Source: Bacteroidaceae bacterium
GTDB taxonomy: Bacteria > Bacillota_I > Bacilli_A > RFN20 > CAG-826
Assembly: GCA_963624045.1 (NCBI GenBank)
Contig: CAVFNI010000007.1
Span: 21,935 to 85,934 of the forward strand
DNA: 64,000 nucleotides
Reading direction: 5' to 3'
The first letter of the stretch is position 1; every line of letters begins with the position of its first letter. Under the pieces are notes generated by a model. It was not told where the DNA came from, did not search any database, and saw nothing but the letters and a program-made list of their open reading frames with translations. This document shows, piece by piece, positions 1 through 9,480 of the stretch. Made by a program: the position numbers and the translations under genes.

Positions 1-1109
1 CTATTGATGTAATTGCTGAAATATGGGGTGCCATATTTAGCGGTCATGGTGAAGAGAAGCTTGTTGTTTTCGTTATCGCTCCAATCGAAATCCTTGGTGA
101 TGGAATAGGTGGGGATAGGATATTGGAAACCGCGTCCGTTGGCGTCGCCTTCGATCATCACTTCGATGAAAGCGCGATTGACCATATCCATTTCCTTTTT
201 GCAATCGCCATAAGTGAAATCCATCTCTTTGCCGCCGACGATGGCTGGAAGGTTTTTCAAATCCTCGGGGACGGTCCAATCGAGGGTGATATTGGTGAAG
301 GGAGCCTGCGTGCCCCAACGCGAAGGGGTGTTCACGCCAAAGATGAAGGATTGAACGGCTTGTTTGACTTGCTTATAAGTGAGGTTATCGACTTTGACGA
401 ATGGGGCGAGATATGTATCGAAAGAAGAGAAAGCCTGCGCGCCCGCCCATTCGTTTTGCATGATTCCTAAGAAATTGACCATTTGGTTGCTTAAGGTCAT
501 CAAATGCTTAGCGGGGGAGGAGGTGATTTTTCCAGGCACGCCACCTAAGCCTTGCTGGATCAATTGCTTTAACGACCATCCGGCGCAATAACCGGTGAGC
601 ATGCTTAAATCGTGAATATGGATGTCGGCGTTGCGGTGGGCGTCGCCGATTTCCTTGTCATAAATCTGACTTAACCAATAATTAGCCGTGACAGCGCCGC
701 TATTAGAGAGGATGAGGCCGCCGACGGAATAGGTGACGGTGCTATTTTCTTTAACGCGCCAGTCGTTGACTTTGAGGTAATTGTCGACGACGGAAGCGTA
801 ATTGAGCTCTGTTTTGCGGATATCGCGCAAATCGGCATGCTTTTTGCGGTAATCCATATAACTGCGAGCAACATCGACATAACCGGCTTGAATCAAAACG
901 ATTTCCACGGAATCTTGGATGTCTTCGACGGCAATCGTTTCCTTTATTACTTTGCGGTTAAAATCGGCCGTGACACGAAGGGAAAGGATTTCCAGCATGT
1001 CTTTGGTGATCACCTTGTGCTCGGCCAAGAAGGCTTTTTCAATAGCGTTTTGAATTTTGGCAAGATCGAATTCCACTACGGAACCATCTCTTTTTTTGAC
1101 TTTGATCAT
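1..1109 (-). CDS. nrdD: Anaerobic ribonucleoside-triphosphate reductase, N-terminal part (ORF runs off the left edge of the window)
   Basis: Manual minus-strand translation from the ATG at 1109-1107 (GAGAGG SD just upstream) gives MIKVKKRDGSVVEFDLAKIQNAIEKAF... (ATP-cone) ...NADIHIHDLSMLTGYCAGWSL...GAQAFSSFDTYLAPFV...WGTQAPFTNITLDW. It is absent from the ORF track because there is no stop in the window. The listed + strand ORFs at 123-470 and 837-1250 are its antisense shadows. Confidence 0.85.
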   Translation of the reverse strand, partial: MIKVKKRDGSVVEFDLAKIQNAIEKAFLAEHKVITKDMLEILSLRVTADFNRKVIKETIAVEDIQDSVEIVLIQAGYVDVARSYMDYRKKHADLRDIRKTELNYASVVDNYLKVNDWRVKENSTVTYSVGGLILSNSGAVTANYWLSQIYDKEIGDAHRNADIHIHDLSMLTGYCAGWSLKQLIQQGLGGVPGKITSSPAKHLMTLSNQMVNFLGIMQNEWAGAQAFSSFDTYLAPFVKVDNLTYKQVKQAVQSFIFGVNTPSRWGTQAPFTNITLDWTVPEDLKNLPAIVGGKEMDFTYGDCKKEMDMVNRAFIEVMIEGDANGRGFQYPIPTYSITKDFDWSDNENNKLLFTMTAKYGTPYFSNYIN

Positions 1110-1694
1110 AATTGTTACCTCTCTTTTTTTAGGGCTCGAAAAACTATCGACCCAGGCTTTCTTTTTGTTTTTCGCCTTTGCTCGATTAATCTAAATGGCG
1201 ACGAAAAATATTTCAATCGAAATGCTTTTCGTATGCATGTAAGAAAATGAATGAAAAATGTTTCGTGTGTTTTCAAAAAATGATAAATATACGAAAGAAA
1301 GCCGATTTTTAAGTTTTAGAAATAATGGTTATGGCCTTGTCAATGCCCTTTCTAAGCGTTTTGATACACTGTATATAAAAAGAGTGATAAAGCCGACTAC
1401 AAAAGAACTTTATAAAAAATATAAATTTCCCTTGAATTAAAAACTTGAGTAAAAGTTTCATGACAATTAAGAAGAATGATTCAGTTTGTGTAAAAATGCG
1501 AAAACGGATAATAAAATCGCTGGCTAATTATATTTTAACCTAATATAGGTAACCGATATTTTCATGCCGTTTTCAATACGCTCCGTTTCTTGGCTTCATT
1601 TCTAATCACTTTCTTTTGATGATGTTTACATTTTCTCTTTTAACCTTTCTTTTTTGCGTCTATTATTGTTCTTGCTTTGGAGGACTCATAGATT

Positions 1695-2414
1695 ATGGGC
1701 AATAAAGAAGAAAAGAAAGCTAAACGCAAGGAGAAGCGTGAAGGCTTATGGCAGGAATTTAAAAAATTCATCAGCCGCGGCAGTGTGGTCGATATGTCCG
1801 TTGGTGTCATCATGGGCTCTGCCTTTGGTGCCATCGTCACCGCATTCACAAATATCTTATTGAGCGTGTGCACCTGGGGGGTTCCGGGAGGCTTAAAAGG
1901 ATTGGTCACCGTTTTGCCGGCACTTAACGATGCGCAGAAAGGCATGGATGTTGTCAATGGATTAGGACAAAAATTCGATGCTTCCCAATTGCAGGATCTC
2001 GCGACTGCCGAGGCCAATGTTCTATATACGGAAGCCACGGTTGCCGATAATCCTAATTTAATTGAAAGCGTGAAAACCACCATCTTGTCTAAATACACCT
2101 TGCATGGATCTCAATACACCTACAACATGTCTGCCGTCATCGATTGGGGGACTTGCATCAACGCTATCATTTCTTTCTTGATTATCGCGTTAACACTCTT
2201 CGTTATCGTGAAAACATATAACTGGAGCCGCTTAAAGAGGGAAGAACTTAAGAAGAAGATGGAAGAGGAATATTACGAAAAGCATCCTGAAGAGAGACCG
2301 GTTCCGCCTGAACCTGGCAAACCGGCTATAACGGAGCTTGACGTCCTTAACCAAATCCGTGACGAATTAAGAACGATGAATGCGCAAAAAAGCGTAGATC
2401 AAAAAACGGAATAA
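1695..2414 (+). CDS. mscL: Large-conductance mechanosensitive channel MscL with an enlarged extracytoplasmic loop and long C-terminal tail
   Basis: The N-terminus [35 protein letters not shown] is the MscL TM1 signature. The TM2 region [28 protein letters not shown] matches the MscL TM2 pattern. Length is 239 aa versus about 130-150 aa for typical MscL. Confidence 0.8.
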   Translation: MGNKEEKKAKRKEKREGLWQEFKKFISRGSVVDMSVGVIMGSAFGAIVTAFTNILLSVCTWGVPGGLKGLVTVLPALNDAQKGMDVVNGLGQKFDASQLQDLATAEANVLYTEATVADNPNLIESVKTTILSKYTLHGSQYTYNMSAVIDWGTCINAIISFLIIALTLFVIVKTYNWSRLKREELKKKMEEEYYEKHPEERPVPPEPGKPAITELDVLNQIRDELRTMNAQKSVDQKTE

Positions 2415-2436
2415 ACTACATTAAAAAACACAAAAA

Positions 2437-2459
2437 GCCTGCAAATCGCAGGTTTTTTG
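2437..2459 (+). terminator. Rho-independent terminator after mscL
   Basis: Stem GCCTGC/GCAGGT (one G-U pair) with loop AAATC, followed by TTTTTT and preceded by an A-tract. Confidence 0.6.
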
Positions 2460-2540
2460 TTAGCTTTAACCAGTTTTTAGAAACGCAAAAAAACAATGCT
2501 GGTTAGAAATTTCTTTGCCGTCTAAATTGTTCGCGACCTT

Positions 2541-2622
2541 GCCACATTTTTGTGTCATAGTGAGGCAACCGCGCCACATTTTTGTGTCATCATCAATAAA
2601 CCTTGCCACATTTTTGTGTCAT
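2541..2622. repeat. Three direct copies of an 18-bp element GCCACATTTTTGTGTCAT at exactly 32-bp spacing
   Basis: Copies lie at 2541-2558, 2573-2590 and 2605-2622. All three are identical, and the 14-bp spacers are unrelated. Each copy contains the dyad CACA-TTTT-TGTG. The array lies in the convergent intergenic region between mscL and the RimK-like gene. Confidence 0.9.
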
Positions 2623-2690
2623 GGTTGTTAAACAATAATGGCAAAAGAGGGCTATCTAATACACATTAGAAAATGGAATCTCCATCAAAT

Positions 2691-3563
2691 TTATATTTTC
2701 GAGATGATTTCTTTGGCATATTCGCCGGCGACGTTTATGCCACTTACTTTTTCGATGCCAGATAAGAAGGCGTTGCTATTGACTTCGCATAAGATTGGTT
2801 CACCTTCGGGTCCTGACAATAAATCCACTCCGCAATAATCTAGTTGCAAGATGCGAGCGGCTTTTTCTGCCATTTCGATATAGTCGCCATTAAGAGTCGC
2901 TTTTTCGCCTTTTCCTTTTTGGGCGATGTTGCTTCGCCAATCGTGATTATTGACGCGTTTCATGGTGGCGCAAACCTTTCCGCCAATGACGATGGCGCGA
3001 TAATCGAAGCCATAGCTAGAAGAAATGAATTGTTGATAAAGGTGAGGGATTTGCAGGTGTTTTTGCTCAAATTCAACTAATTCGTCCATGTTTTTTACGA
3101 GAAAAACGTTCTTGCCTAAACTTCCGAAATTTTCTTTGGCCACCAAAGGAAAAGCAAAAAGGCTTGCGACGTTTTCTAAGAACGCCGTCGGAAGCGCGGC
3201 TCCGTAATTGAGAGGGGCGGCGATGGTTTTTGGCATCTTAATCCCTTCGTGAGACAAGGAAATATGCGTGAGCATTTTGTCATCGCAAAGTCTGATCGCT
3301 TGAGCGGAATTAAATAAGCGATACCCGCACTTCTCTAGAAGGGACGACAAATATTTGTCTTTATCTAGATAAAGGATGAAGTCGTAGGCACCGAGGTTAT
3401 TTACTACATCCCCGTTTTCCTTAATATATATAAGGGATCCATCGTTGGTCTTTTTTTCTAGGGGAATCCCATATCGACCTAATTCTTCCGCCATCCTTTG
3501 ATAAAAATGCTCGGGACCGTTGGTCACAGGGGCGATATTGAGTAAGCAAAGACCGCGTTTCAT
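2691..3563 (-). CDS. RimK-family ATP-grasp ligase (alpha-L-glutamate ligase-like)
   Basis: The 290-aa ORF has ATP-grasp features: FPLVAKENFGSLGKNVFLV, YQQFISSSYGFDYRAIVIGGKV, RSNIAQKGKGE and DYCGVDLL...ILCEVNSNA. Confidence 0.7.
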   Translation of the reverse strand: MKRGLCLLNIAPVTNGPEHFYQRMAEELGRYGIPLEKKTNDGSLIYIKENGDVVNNLGAYDFILYLDKDKYLSSLLEKCGYRLFNSAQAIRLCDDKMLTHISLSHEGIKMPKTIAAPLNYGAALPTAFLENVASLFAFPLVAKENFGSLGKNVFLVKNMDELVEFEQKHLQIPHLYQQFISSSYGFDYRAIVIGGKVCATMKRVNNHDWRSNIAQKGKGEKATLNGDYIEMAEKAARILQLDYCGVDLLSGPEGEPILCEVNSNAFLSGIEKVSGINVAGEYAKEIISKI

Positions 3564-3628
3564 CGGCGCTCATTATATATCATTAGATTATCTGTATGCC
3601 TAAGACATAATTGTGATAGAATTATGTC

Positions 3629-5773
3629 ATGTCAAAAATTCAACCAATTACTTGTTTGCGGGATACCGCGAAATTAGAGAAGGACCTCCGGGACAACGAT
3701 GGCGTCCTTCACATCACCAAAAACGGTTATAGCGATTTGGTGATTCTCTCTCCCGAAGTATACGACTCGCTAACCAAAAGCAGCCTTCGCCCCGCCGAAC
3801 ATCTTTCTTATAGCGACGTCCATGAAAGCGAAGACAAGGACGAAAGTCTATTAAGACAATCCGACCCGCTTGGCTATGTTCGCGTTCGCTCTACGAGCAT
3901 CGAAATCGAAGTTTCCTGCGTAAGCAAGAACGCAAAGGCCATCATCGACGCTGTCGATAAGGCACAAAAAGATAAAGTGCATGTGCTGGTTCTCCCCGAA
4001 TTATGCCTCACGGGATACACATGTTCAGATTTGTTTTTGGATGACGCTTTGTTAACGAACGCCCAAGCAGCGATCTCTGATATTTTGGAAGCGACTAAAG
4101 AAGATGATGTTTTGTTTGCCTTTGGAGCGCCAATTGCAAAAGACAATTCGCTATATAACACGGCAATCGTGTGCTTTCATGGCAAGATCCTAGGCATAGT
4201 CCCTAAAAAACACATTCCCAATTATTCTGAATTTTATGAAGCTAGGCACTTTGCCTCTTGGCATTATGAAAACGAAACCTTAATGACGGAAGCGGGTGCG
4301 GTGCCATTCGGCAATAAACTACTTTTCCGCGATCGTAATTACGCCTCTCTTGTCGTCGGTGTGGAGATATGCGAAGACCTATGGGCGCCCAACCCCCCTT
4401 CCACGGAATTAGCTTTGCATGGCGCGACCTTATTATTGAATCTTAGCGGCTCTAATGAAGTGGTAGGGAAAGCCAAATATCGTCGCGACCTTGTCTCGAT
4501 GAATAGCGCTAAGCTTTTTGCCGCTTACGCATATAGTGATGCTGGCGATGGAGAAAGCACCACAGATTTGGTTTTCGCTAGCCATAATATCATCGCCGAA
4601 AATGGCAAAATCCTTGCTGAATCCCCTTTATTTAAGATGGAAGCGGCAACTTCCGACATTGATCTTGAGCAGATTATGGCGGAGCGGTTACGGATGAATA
4701 CGTATACCACTAAAGCTAAAGAAGGATATGAAACGATATGGTTTTCTTTGCCATTAGAGAGGCCACAACAAGTGTTAAGGCATTACAACCCTTTGCCTTT
4801 TTTGCCACATCATGGCGAATTCGACGAAGAAAGGATCAAGACGATTTTGACTATCCAATCTAAAGGGTTAATCAAGCGTTTACAAACAGTACGGCAAAAA
4901 AAGGTTATTGTCGGTCTTTCGGGTGGGCTTGATTCCACTTTGGCTTTGCTTGTGGCGGTGGAAGCCTTTGATTATTTAGGTTATGACCGCCAAGGCGTTA
5001 TCGCCGTGACTTTGCCGGCTTTCGGCACTTCTAGTCGGACGCATGATAACGCCAAGCTCTTGTCTGAAGAGCTAGGTGTTTGCTTCCGGGAAATTAATAT
5101 AAAGGATTCATTATTACAACATTTCGCTGACATCGGCCATGATAAAGACGACCATAACGTCACTTATGAAAATGCCCAAGCTAGGGAAAGGACGCAAGTC
5201 CTAATGGATTTGGCTAATGACGAAGGCGCTTTGATGTTAGGAACGGGCGATTTAAGCGAACTTTGCTTGGGTTGGACGACCTATAGTGGTGACCATATGT
5301 CAATGTACGGCATTAATGCCTCCATCCCCAAAACGTTGGTGCGTTATTTATGTAAAGGCTATGCCAAAATCCATCCTGAAGCCGCCCCATCATTAGAAGA
5401 TATCATTGACACTCCAATCAGCCCCGAGCTCCTTCCAACAAACGAAAAAGGCGCCATCGAACAGCAGACGGAAAATATCGTCGGGCCATATGAGGTCATT
5501 GATTTTATTATTTTCCATTTTATGCGTTACCGCTTTAGGCCCAAAAAGATTTTCTTTCTTTTGCTCGAAGCCTATGGGAAGAGATATAGCAAGGAACAGT
5601 TAAAGGAGTGGCTTTCTTCGTTTTATCGTCGTTTTTGGCGAAATCAATTCAAACGGTCATGCTTGCCTGATGGCGCCAAAGTGGGGACCGTTGCCATCTC
5701 CCCGCGCGGGGATTGGCGCATGCCAAGCGATGCATCGGTTGCTGATTATTTAAAGGAAATAGACGAAATCTGA
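3629..5773 (+). CDS. nadE: Glutamine-dependent NAD+ synthetase (CN-hydrolase plus NAD-synthase domains) with an extra N-terminal Phd/YefM-like domain
   Basis: The nitrilase-like domain has VLVLPELCLTGYTCSDLF and VEICEDLW. The synthetase domain has the VGLSGGLDSTLALLV PP-loop. The first ~50 aa, MSKIQPITCLRDTAKLEKDLRDNDGVLHITKNGYSDLVILSPEVYDSL, resemble Phd/YefM antitoxins. The reading frame is continuous. Confidence 0.85.
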   Translation: MSKIQPITCLRDTAKLEKDLRDNDGVLHITKNGYSDLVILSPEVYDSLTKSSLRPAEHLSYSDVHESEDKDESLLRQSDPLGYVRVRSTSIEIEVSCVSKNAKAIIDAVDKAQKDKVHVLVLPELCLTGYTCSDLFLDDALLTNAQAAISDILEATKEDDVLFAFGAPIAKDNSLYNTAIVCFHGKILGIVPKKHIPNYSEFYEARHFASWHYENETLMTEAGAVPFGNKLLFRDRNYASLVVGVEICEDLWAPNPPSTELALHGATLLLNLSGSNEVVGKAKYRRDLVSMNSAKLFAAYAYSDAGDGESTTDLVFASHNIIAENGKILAESPLFKMEAATSDIDLEQIMAERLRMNTYTTKAKEGYETIWFSLPLERPQQVLRHYNPLPFLPHHGEFDEERIKTILTIQSKGLIKRLQTVRQKKVIVGLSGGLDSTLALLVAVEAFDYLGYDRQGVIAVTLPAFGTSSRTHDNAKLLSEELGVCFREINIKDSLLQHFADIGHDKDDHNVTYENAQARERTQVLMDLANDEGALMLGTGDLSELCLGWTTYSGDHMSMYGINASIPKTLVRYLCKGYAKIHPEAAPSLEDIIDTPISPELLPTNEKGAIEQQTENIVGPYEVIDFIIFHFMRYRFRPKKIFFLLLEAYGKRYSKEQLKEWLSSFYRRFWRNQFKRSCLPDGAKVGTVAISPRGDWRMPSDASVADYLKEIDEI

Positions 5774-5844
5774 AACTAAATAAGAGTTTTCAAAGAATCG
5801 TTTTGGTGGTATGAAGAAAAGGAAGAAAGGCATACAATCTAAGC

Positions 5845-6723
5845 ATGAAAAAGAACAAGGAAACAACTAACGCCTACAATTCGCCAGCCTCTTTGGCGAT
5901 TGAGGCCAAAAACGTCGAACGTGAAGAGGCATTAAAAAAGGAAAAAAGGAAGAAGAATAAAGGATTAGAAATCCTGCGTTTCGTCGTGATTGGCGTTTTA
6001 TGCACCATCCTCGATTTCTGCATTCAATTCGTCCTGATGAAATGGGCCTTTGCCTTCTTGATTGAGAAAGAGGGCTGGTGGGAATATCTGGCTTGGGGAT
6101 TGAGCGTGACGATCGCTTTCATAATCGCCAATATCGTCAATTTCGTTTTCTCTAGGTTATGGGTTTACCAAAACGTCGATAAGAAAATCAACACAAAATC
6201 CTTCAAAACCTTCCTCGTTTATTTTGGCTTGGGTGCTGGGGGATGGCTTATTGGCTTAGCGCTACAAGAATTAGGTGTCTTGATTTGTAATTCCTTCTTC
6301 CCTGATCTGAAATTGACCTATGATTTCACCAAAGTGAATCTCTTAGCCTTATTTGAGGAAGGCGCTTGGGCCTTTTGGGCTTTCTGCATCATCTTCGCTA
6401 TCAAGACCATCGTTACCATGTTCTACAACTACATAACCAGGAAACGCGTCATCTTCAAAGAGCCGAAAGGCGAGGAAGAGCCGTTCTTGCCATTATCCAA
6501 CGAAGAACCTTTGGTGGTTACCGCCCAAGAGAAAATAGAAAAAACGCCGAAATATGAAGGCCCCCGCCTTATTACCCGTTCGTCTTTCATCGAAATTCTC
6601 CGTGAGGAAATCGATGCTTTTTATGGCAAGCCGCAGCAAAAGGTTTACGTATCCGATGCTAAACGGCTGATTCACGAGGAATTAGAAATTTTTGAGCGTG
6701 AGCATTCGACCAAAAAGCAATAA
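5845..6723 (+). CDS. GtrA-family membrane protein with a ~90-aa hydrophilic C-terminal extension
   Basis: LRFVVIGVLCTILDFCIQFVL and IIANIVNFVFSRLWVYQ are GtrA-like motifs. Four predicted TM segments are present. Confidence 0.6.
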   Translation: MKKNKETTNAYNSPASLAIEAKNVEREEALKKEKRKKNKGLEILRFVVIGVLCTILDFCIQFVLMKWAFAFLIEKEGWWEYLAWGLSVTIAFIIANIVNFVFSRLWVYQNVDKKINTKSFKTFLVYFGLGAGGWLIGLALQELGVLICNSFFPDLKLTYDFTKVNLLALFEEGAWAFWAFCIIFAIKTIVTMFYNYITRKRVIFKEPKGEEEPFLPLSNEEPLVVTAQEKIEKTPKYEGPRLITRSSFIEILREEIDAFYGKPQQKVYVSDAKRLIHEELEIFEREHSTKKQ

Positions 6724-6745
6724 ACCGCTCTTCCTCCCATAACGT

Positions 6746-7921
6746 ATGAGAATCGGAATCTTAGGATCGGGCCCCGCCGCCTTATATAGCGCGCTGCTTA
6801 TTAAAGCAAAGCATCCCGAATATCTCATTGATATTTTTGAAAAAGAAGAAAAATTCGCCAAAAAATTACGGGCCACGGGCAATGGCCATGCCAATATCAT
6901 GCCATCTTTAGAACGGGATCCGACCGCTTATAACGATCCTCTTTTTATGGCACATCTTTTGGATAAATACCCTCTTTCGCAAAGAAGGGAGGCTTTTAAG
7001 AAGATGGGCGTTGCCCTCATGCAAAAAGAAGGGCAAGGATATTATCCGGCCTCCGATAACGCCAGCCAATTCGCTTCCTATTTGTTGGATGTCGCTTTAA
7101 GCAAAGGGGTTGCTTTATATAATCTAACGCGCGTCGCTGATTACGCTAAAAAAGAAGGGAAATATTTCTTCATGACCTCTCACGGGGGAAAAGGCCCTTA
7201 TGATACGCTCCTTTTGGCGCCCGGCGCTTTAAGTGGCAAAAATCTAGGAAGCGACGGCTCTTTCATTAAGATCTTAGAAGCGCATGGTTACCAGTTTGAT
7301 CCTTTTCGTCCAGGTTTGACCCCCGTTCGTTTACATGATGACGTTAAAGGTTTGGCGGGGGTGCGTCATAACGCTCTATTATCGATTTACGAAGAGGAGA
7401 AGAAGATTTTCTCCGAACGCGGGGAGATCCTTTATAAGGAAGACGGCCTTTCTGGCATTGTGGCGATGAATGCCTCTAGCGTCATTGCTCGTAAGAATAG
7501 CGGTGGGCAGCTGGCCATTCAAATTGATCTGTTTCCGGAATATACCCTAGAAACGTTAATTGATGAAATGAAGAAAATCCGCAATGTGTCTCCTTCTTCG
7601 TTTCTCGATGCTTTTTTGCCTCACCCTTTGGCGATGCATGTTATAAAACGAGCCAAGAGGATGCAGGACGTGATGTATATCCCTTCTTTAGCTATCGCTA
7701 TGAAAGGATTGCGGTACGCTTATAAGGAGAATTATGGTTTTTCTTTTTCTCAAGTGAGCGTCGGTGGACTTTTGACCGATCAATTGTCTTCGTCATTTGA
7801 ATCAAAAATTGAAAAATCCGTGTATTTCGCAGGCGAAATCATCAATATAGATGGCGTATGCGGGGGATATAACTTGCTTTTCGATTTATTGAACGCCATG
7901 GCCATCGCCGATTCGTTATGA
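6746..7921 (+). CDS. BaiN/HI0933-family NAD(P)/FAD-dependent oxidoreductase
   Basis: There is an N-terminal GSGPAALYSA dinucleotide-binding motif, an EKEEKFAKKLRATGNGHAN motif, and a C-terminal YFAGEIINIDGVCGGYNL typical of the HI0933-like family. Confidence 0.65.
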   Translation: MRIGILGSGPAALYSALLIKAKHPEYLIDIFEKEEKFAKKLRATGNGHANIMPSLERDPTAYNDPLFMAHLLDKYPLSQRREAFKKMGVALMQKEGQGYYPASDNASQFASYLLDVALSKGVALYNLTRVADYAKKEGKYFFMTSHGGKGPYDTLLLAPGALSGKNLGSDGSFIKILEAHGYQFDPFRPGLTPVRLHDDVKGLAGVRHNALLSIYEEEKKIFSERGEILYKEDGLSGIVAMNASSVIARKNSGGQLAIQIDLFPEYTLETLIDEMKKIRNVSPSSFLDAFLPHPLAMHVIKRAKRMQDVMYIPSLAIAMKGLRYAYKENYGFSFSQVSVGGLLTDQLSSSFESKIEKSVYFAGEIINIDGVCGGYNLLFDLLNAMAIADSL

Positions 7922-9480
7922 AATATTTGCTTTCCAACGTTAAAGTCCCCCTTGGCGCCAGCGATGATTTGAAAAACGTCATCGCCCATAAGATTGGCTT
8001 GCCTCCGAAATCTTTTACTTACGATATTTATCGCCGCTCGCTAGATGTTAGGCGTCACGAAGGATACTGGGTATATCGTGTTCTAGTCGATGCCCCTGAA
8101 CCGCCAAGGAGTCGCGATGCCACTCCTTTCTTGCCAACGGCACCAGTCACCATTTCCCAAAGACCTCTCTCTTTTCGCCCGATTGTGGTGGGATTAGGCC
8201 CTAGTGGCCTATTCGCTTCTTTGATTTTGGCGCGATCGGGTAACCCGCCCATCATCTTGGAAAGAGGCAAGGACGTCGATAAACGGAAAATGGATATTGA
8301 GGCGTTACGAGAGCGAGCCACCTTAAATAACGAAAGCAATGTTTGCTATGGCGAAGGCGGGGCAGGCACCTTCAGCGATGGCAAGCTCCATACTGGCGTT
8401 AATAGCCCTTATGGCCGCTTTGTGTTAGAAGAAATGGTGAAGCATGGCGCTCCCAAAGATATCTTAATTGATTCTAATCCGCATATTGGCAGCGACCTAT
8501 TGCCAGCGATGATGAAATCCTTCCGCGAGGAGCTTCTTTCTTTAGGGGCTGATATTCTCTTTTCTTCGAAGTTTGCTGATTTGGAAACAACTAAAGATGG
8601 TTTGCTTATTAAATATCTCGATGATGAGGGAACCGCTCACCGATTAACCACTAAAGCGTGCCTCCTCGCCTATGGCCATAGCCCTTTTGACACCGCCAAA
8701 ATGTTACAATCAAAAGGCTTATCGTTTGTGCCCAAAGATTTCTCGCTTGGCGTGAGAATCGAATTTAAACAGGCGGACATTGACCGCATTAATTATCGCG
8801 AATTCTATGGCAAAACCCCTTTGCCTGCTTCCTCTTTTCACTCCGTTAGCCATCTTTCTAGCGGACGATCCGTCTATTCCTTTTGCATGTGCCCAGGGGG
8901 AGAGGTCGTTAATTCTTCTAGTGAGGAAGGGAGTGTCGTTACCAATGGCATGAGCAAGCGTGACCGGGCGTTAGAAAATGGCAATGCCGCTTTGTTAGTT
9001 AATCTACGTGTCGATGATTACTTCAAAGGGGATGCGTTAGACGGATACCGATATCGCGAATTCTATGAAAGGAAAGCTTATCGCGCAGAAAAACCTTATT
9101 TCGCTCCGTCATCGCGCTTAGCGGATTTCTTAAAAGGCCAACCGAGCGCCTCTTTCGGTTCGGTCACTCCGACCTATCAACCAGGCGTTTATCTTTCTTC
9201 GTTTAATGATTGTTTGCCTTCTTTTACTTTGGATGCCTTGCGAGAGGGAATAGGTAGGCTTAGCGAATTCCAAGCTTTTTATCGTGACACAGATGCGGTG
9301 ATAACGGGCGTGGAAACGCGCAGTTCTTCGCCAGTTAGGATCCCGAGGAACGAGCGGTTTGAAAGCAATATTCCCGGTTTGTTTCCTATAGGAGAAGGGG
9401 CGTCTTTTGCCGGCGGCATCACTTCGGCCGCCATCGACGGCGTGACGGTAGCCATGAAGATCGTCGAAGAACTTTTTTAG
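7918..9480 (+). CDS. FAD-dependent oxidoreductase (COG2509-like)
   Basis: Motifs VGLGPSGLFASLILA, GEGGAGTFSDGKL, CMCPGGEVV and GLFPIGEGASFAGGITSAAIDG are present. The start overlaps the upstream stop (ATGA). Confidence 0.6.
   Translation: MKYLLSNVKVPLGASDDLKNVIAHKIGLPPKSFTYDIYRRSLDVRRHEGYWVYRVLVDAPEPPRSRDATPFLPTAPVTISQRPLSFRPIVVGLGPSGLFASLILARSGNPPIILERGKDVDKRKMDIEALRERATLNNESNVCYGEGGAGTFSDGKLHTGVNSPYGRFVLEEMVKHGAPKDILIDSNPHIGSDLLPAMMKSFREELLSLGADILFSSKFADLETTKDGLLIKYLDDEGTAHRLTTKACLLAYGHSPFDTAKMLQSKGLSFVPKDFSLGVRIEFKQADIDRINYREFYGKTPLPASSFHSVSHLSSGRSVYSFCMCPGGEVVNSSSEEGSVVTNGMSKRDRALENGNAALLVNLRVDDYFKGDALDGYRYREFYERKAYRAEKPYFAPSSRLADFLKGQPSASFGSVTPTYQPGVYLSSFNDCLPSFTLDALREGIGRLSEFQAFYRDTDAVITGVETRSSSPVRIPRNERFESNIPGLFPIGEGASFAGGITSAAIDGVTVAMKIVEELF

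Noticed and set aside
123-1250. Plus-strand ORFs 123-470 and 837-1250, and minus-strand ORFs 73-318 and 671-880.
   Set aside because: The region is fully explained by the nrdD reading frame on the minus strand, which is open to the window edge and therefore missing from the ORF track. These ORFs are antisense or out-of-frame shadows of it.
1258-1440. A 60-aa ORF and a CACT-N13-AGTG dyad (about 1366-1386) in the 585-bp AT-rich nrdD/mscL divergent region, considered as a small gene or NrdR box.
   Set aside because: The ORF is Lys/Phe/Asn-rich, as expected from AT-rich non-coding DNA, and lacks an SD. The dyad does not fit the 16-bp NrdR-box pattern as I remember it (acaCwAtATaTwGtgt), and no tandem second box is evident.
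2541-2622. Possible mini-CRISPR array.
   Set aside because: The repeats are only 18 bp with 14-bp spacers, both far below CRISPR dimensions. There are only three copies, and no cas genes or leader nearby. I kept it as a phased protein-binding or repeat element instead.
2461-2622. Minus-strand mini-ORFs that each start inside a repeat copy (MTQKCGKVY*, MTQKCGAVASL* and a 30-aa MTQKCGKVANNLDGKEISNQHCFFAFLKTG*).
   Set aside because: None has a convincing Shine-Dalgarno sequence. The shared N-terminus is just the repeat read in one frame, so coding is unlikely. Ribosome profiling would settle it.
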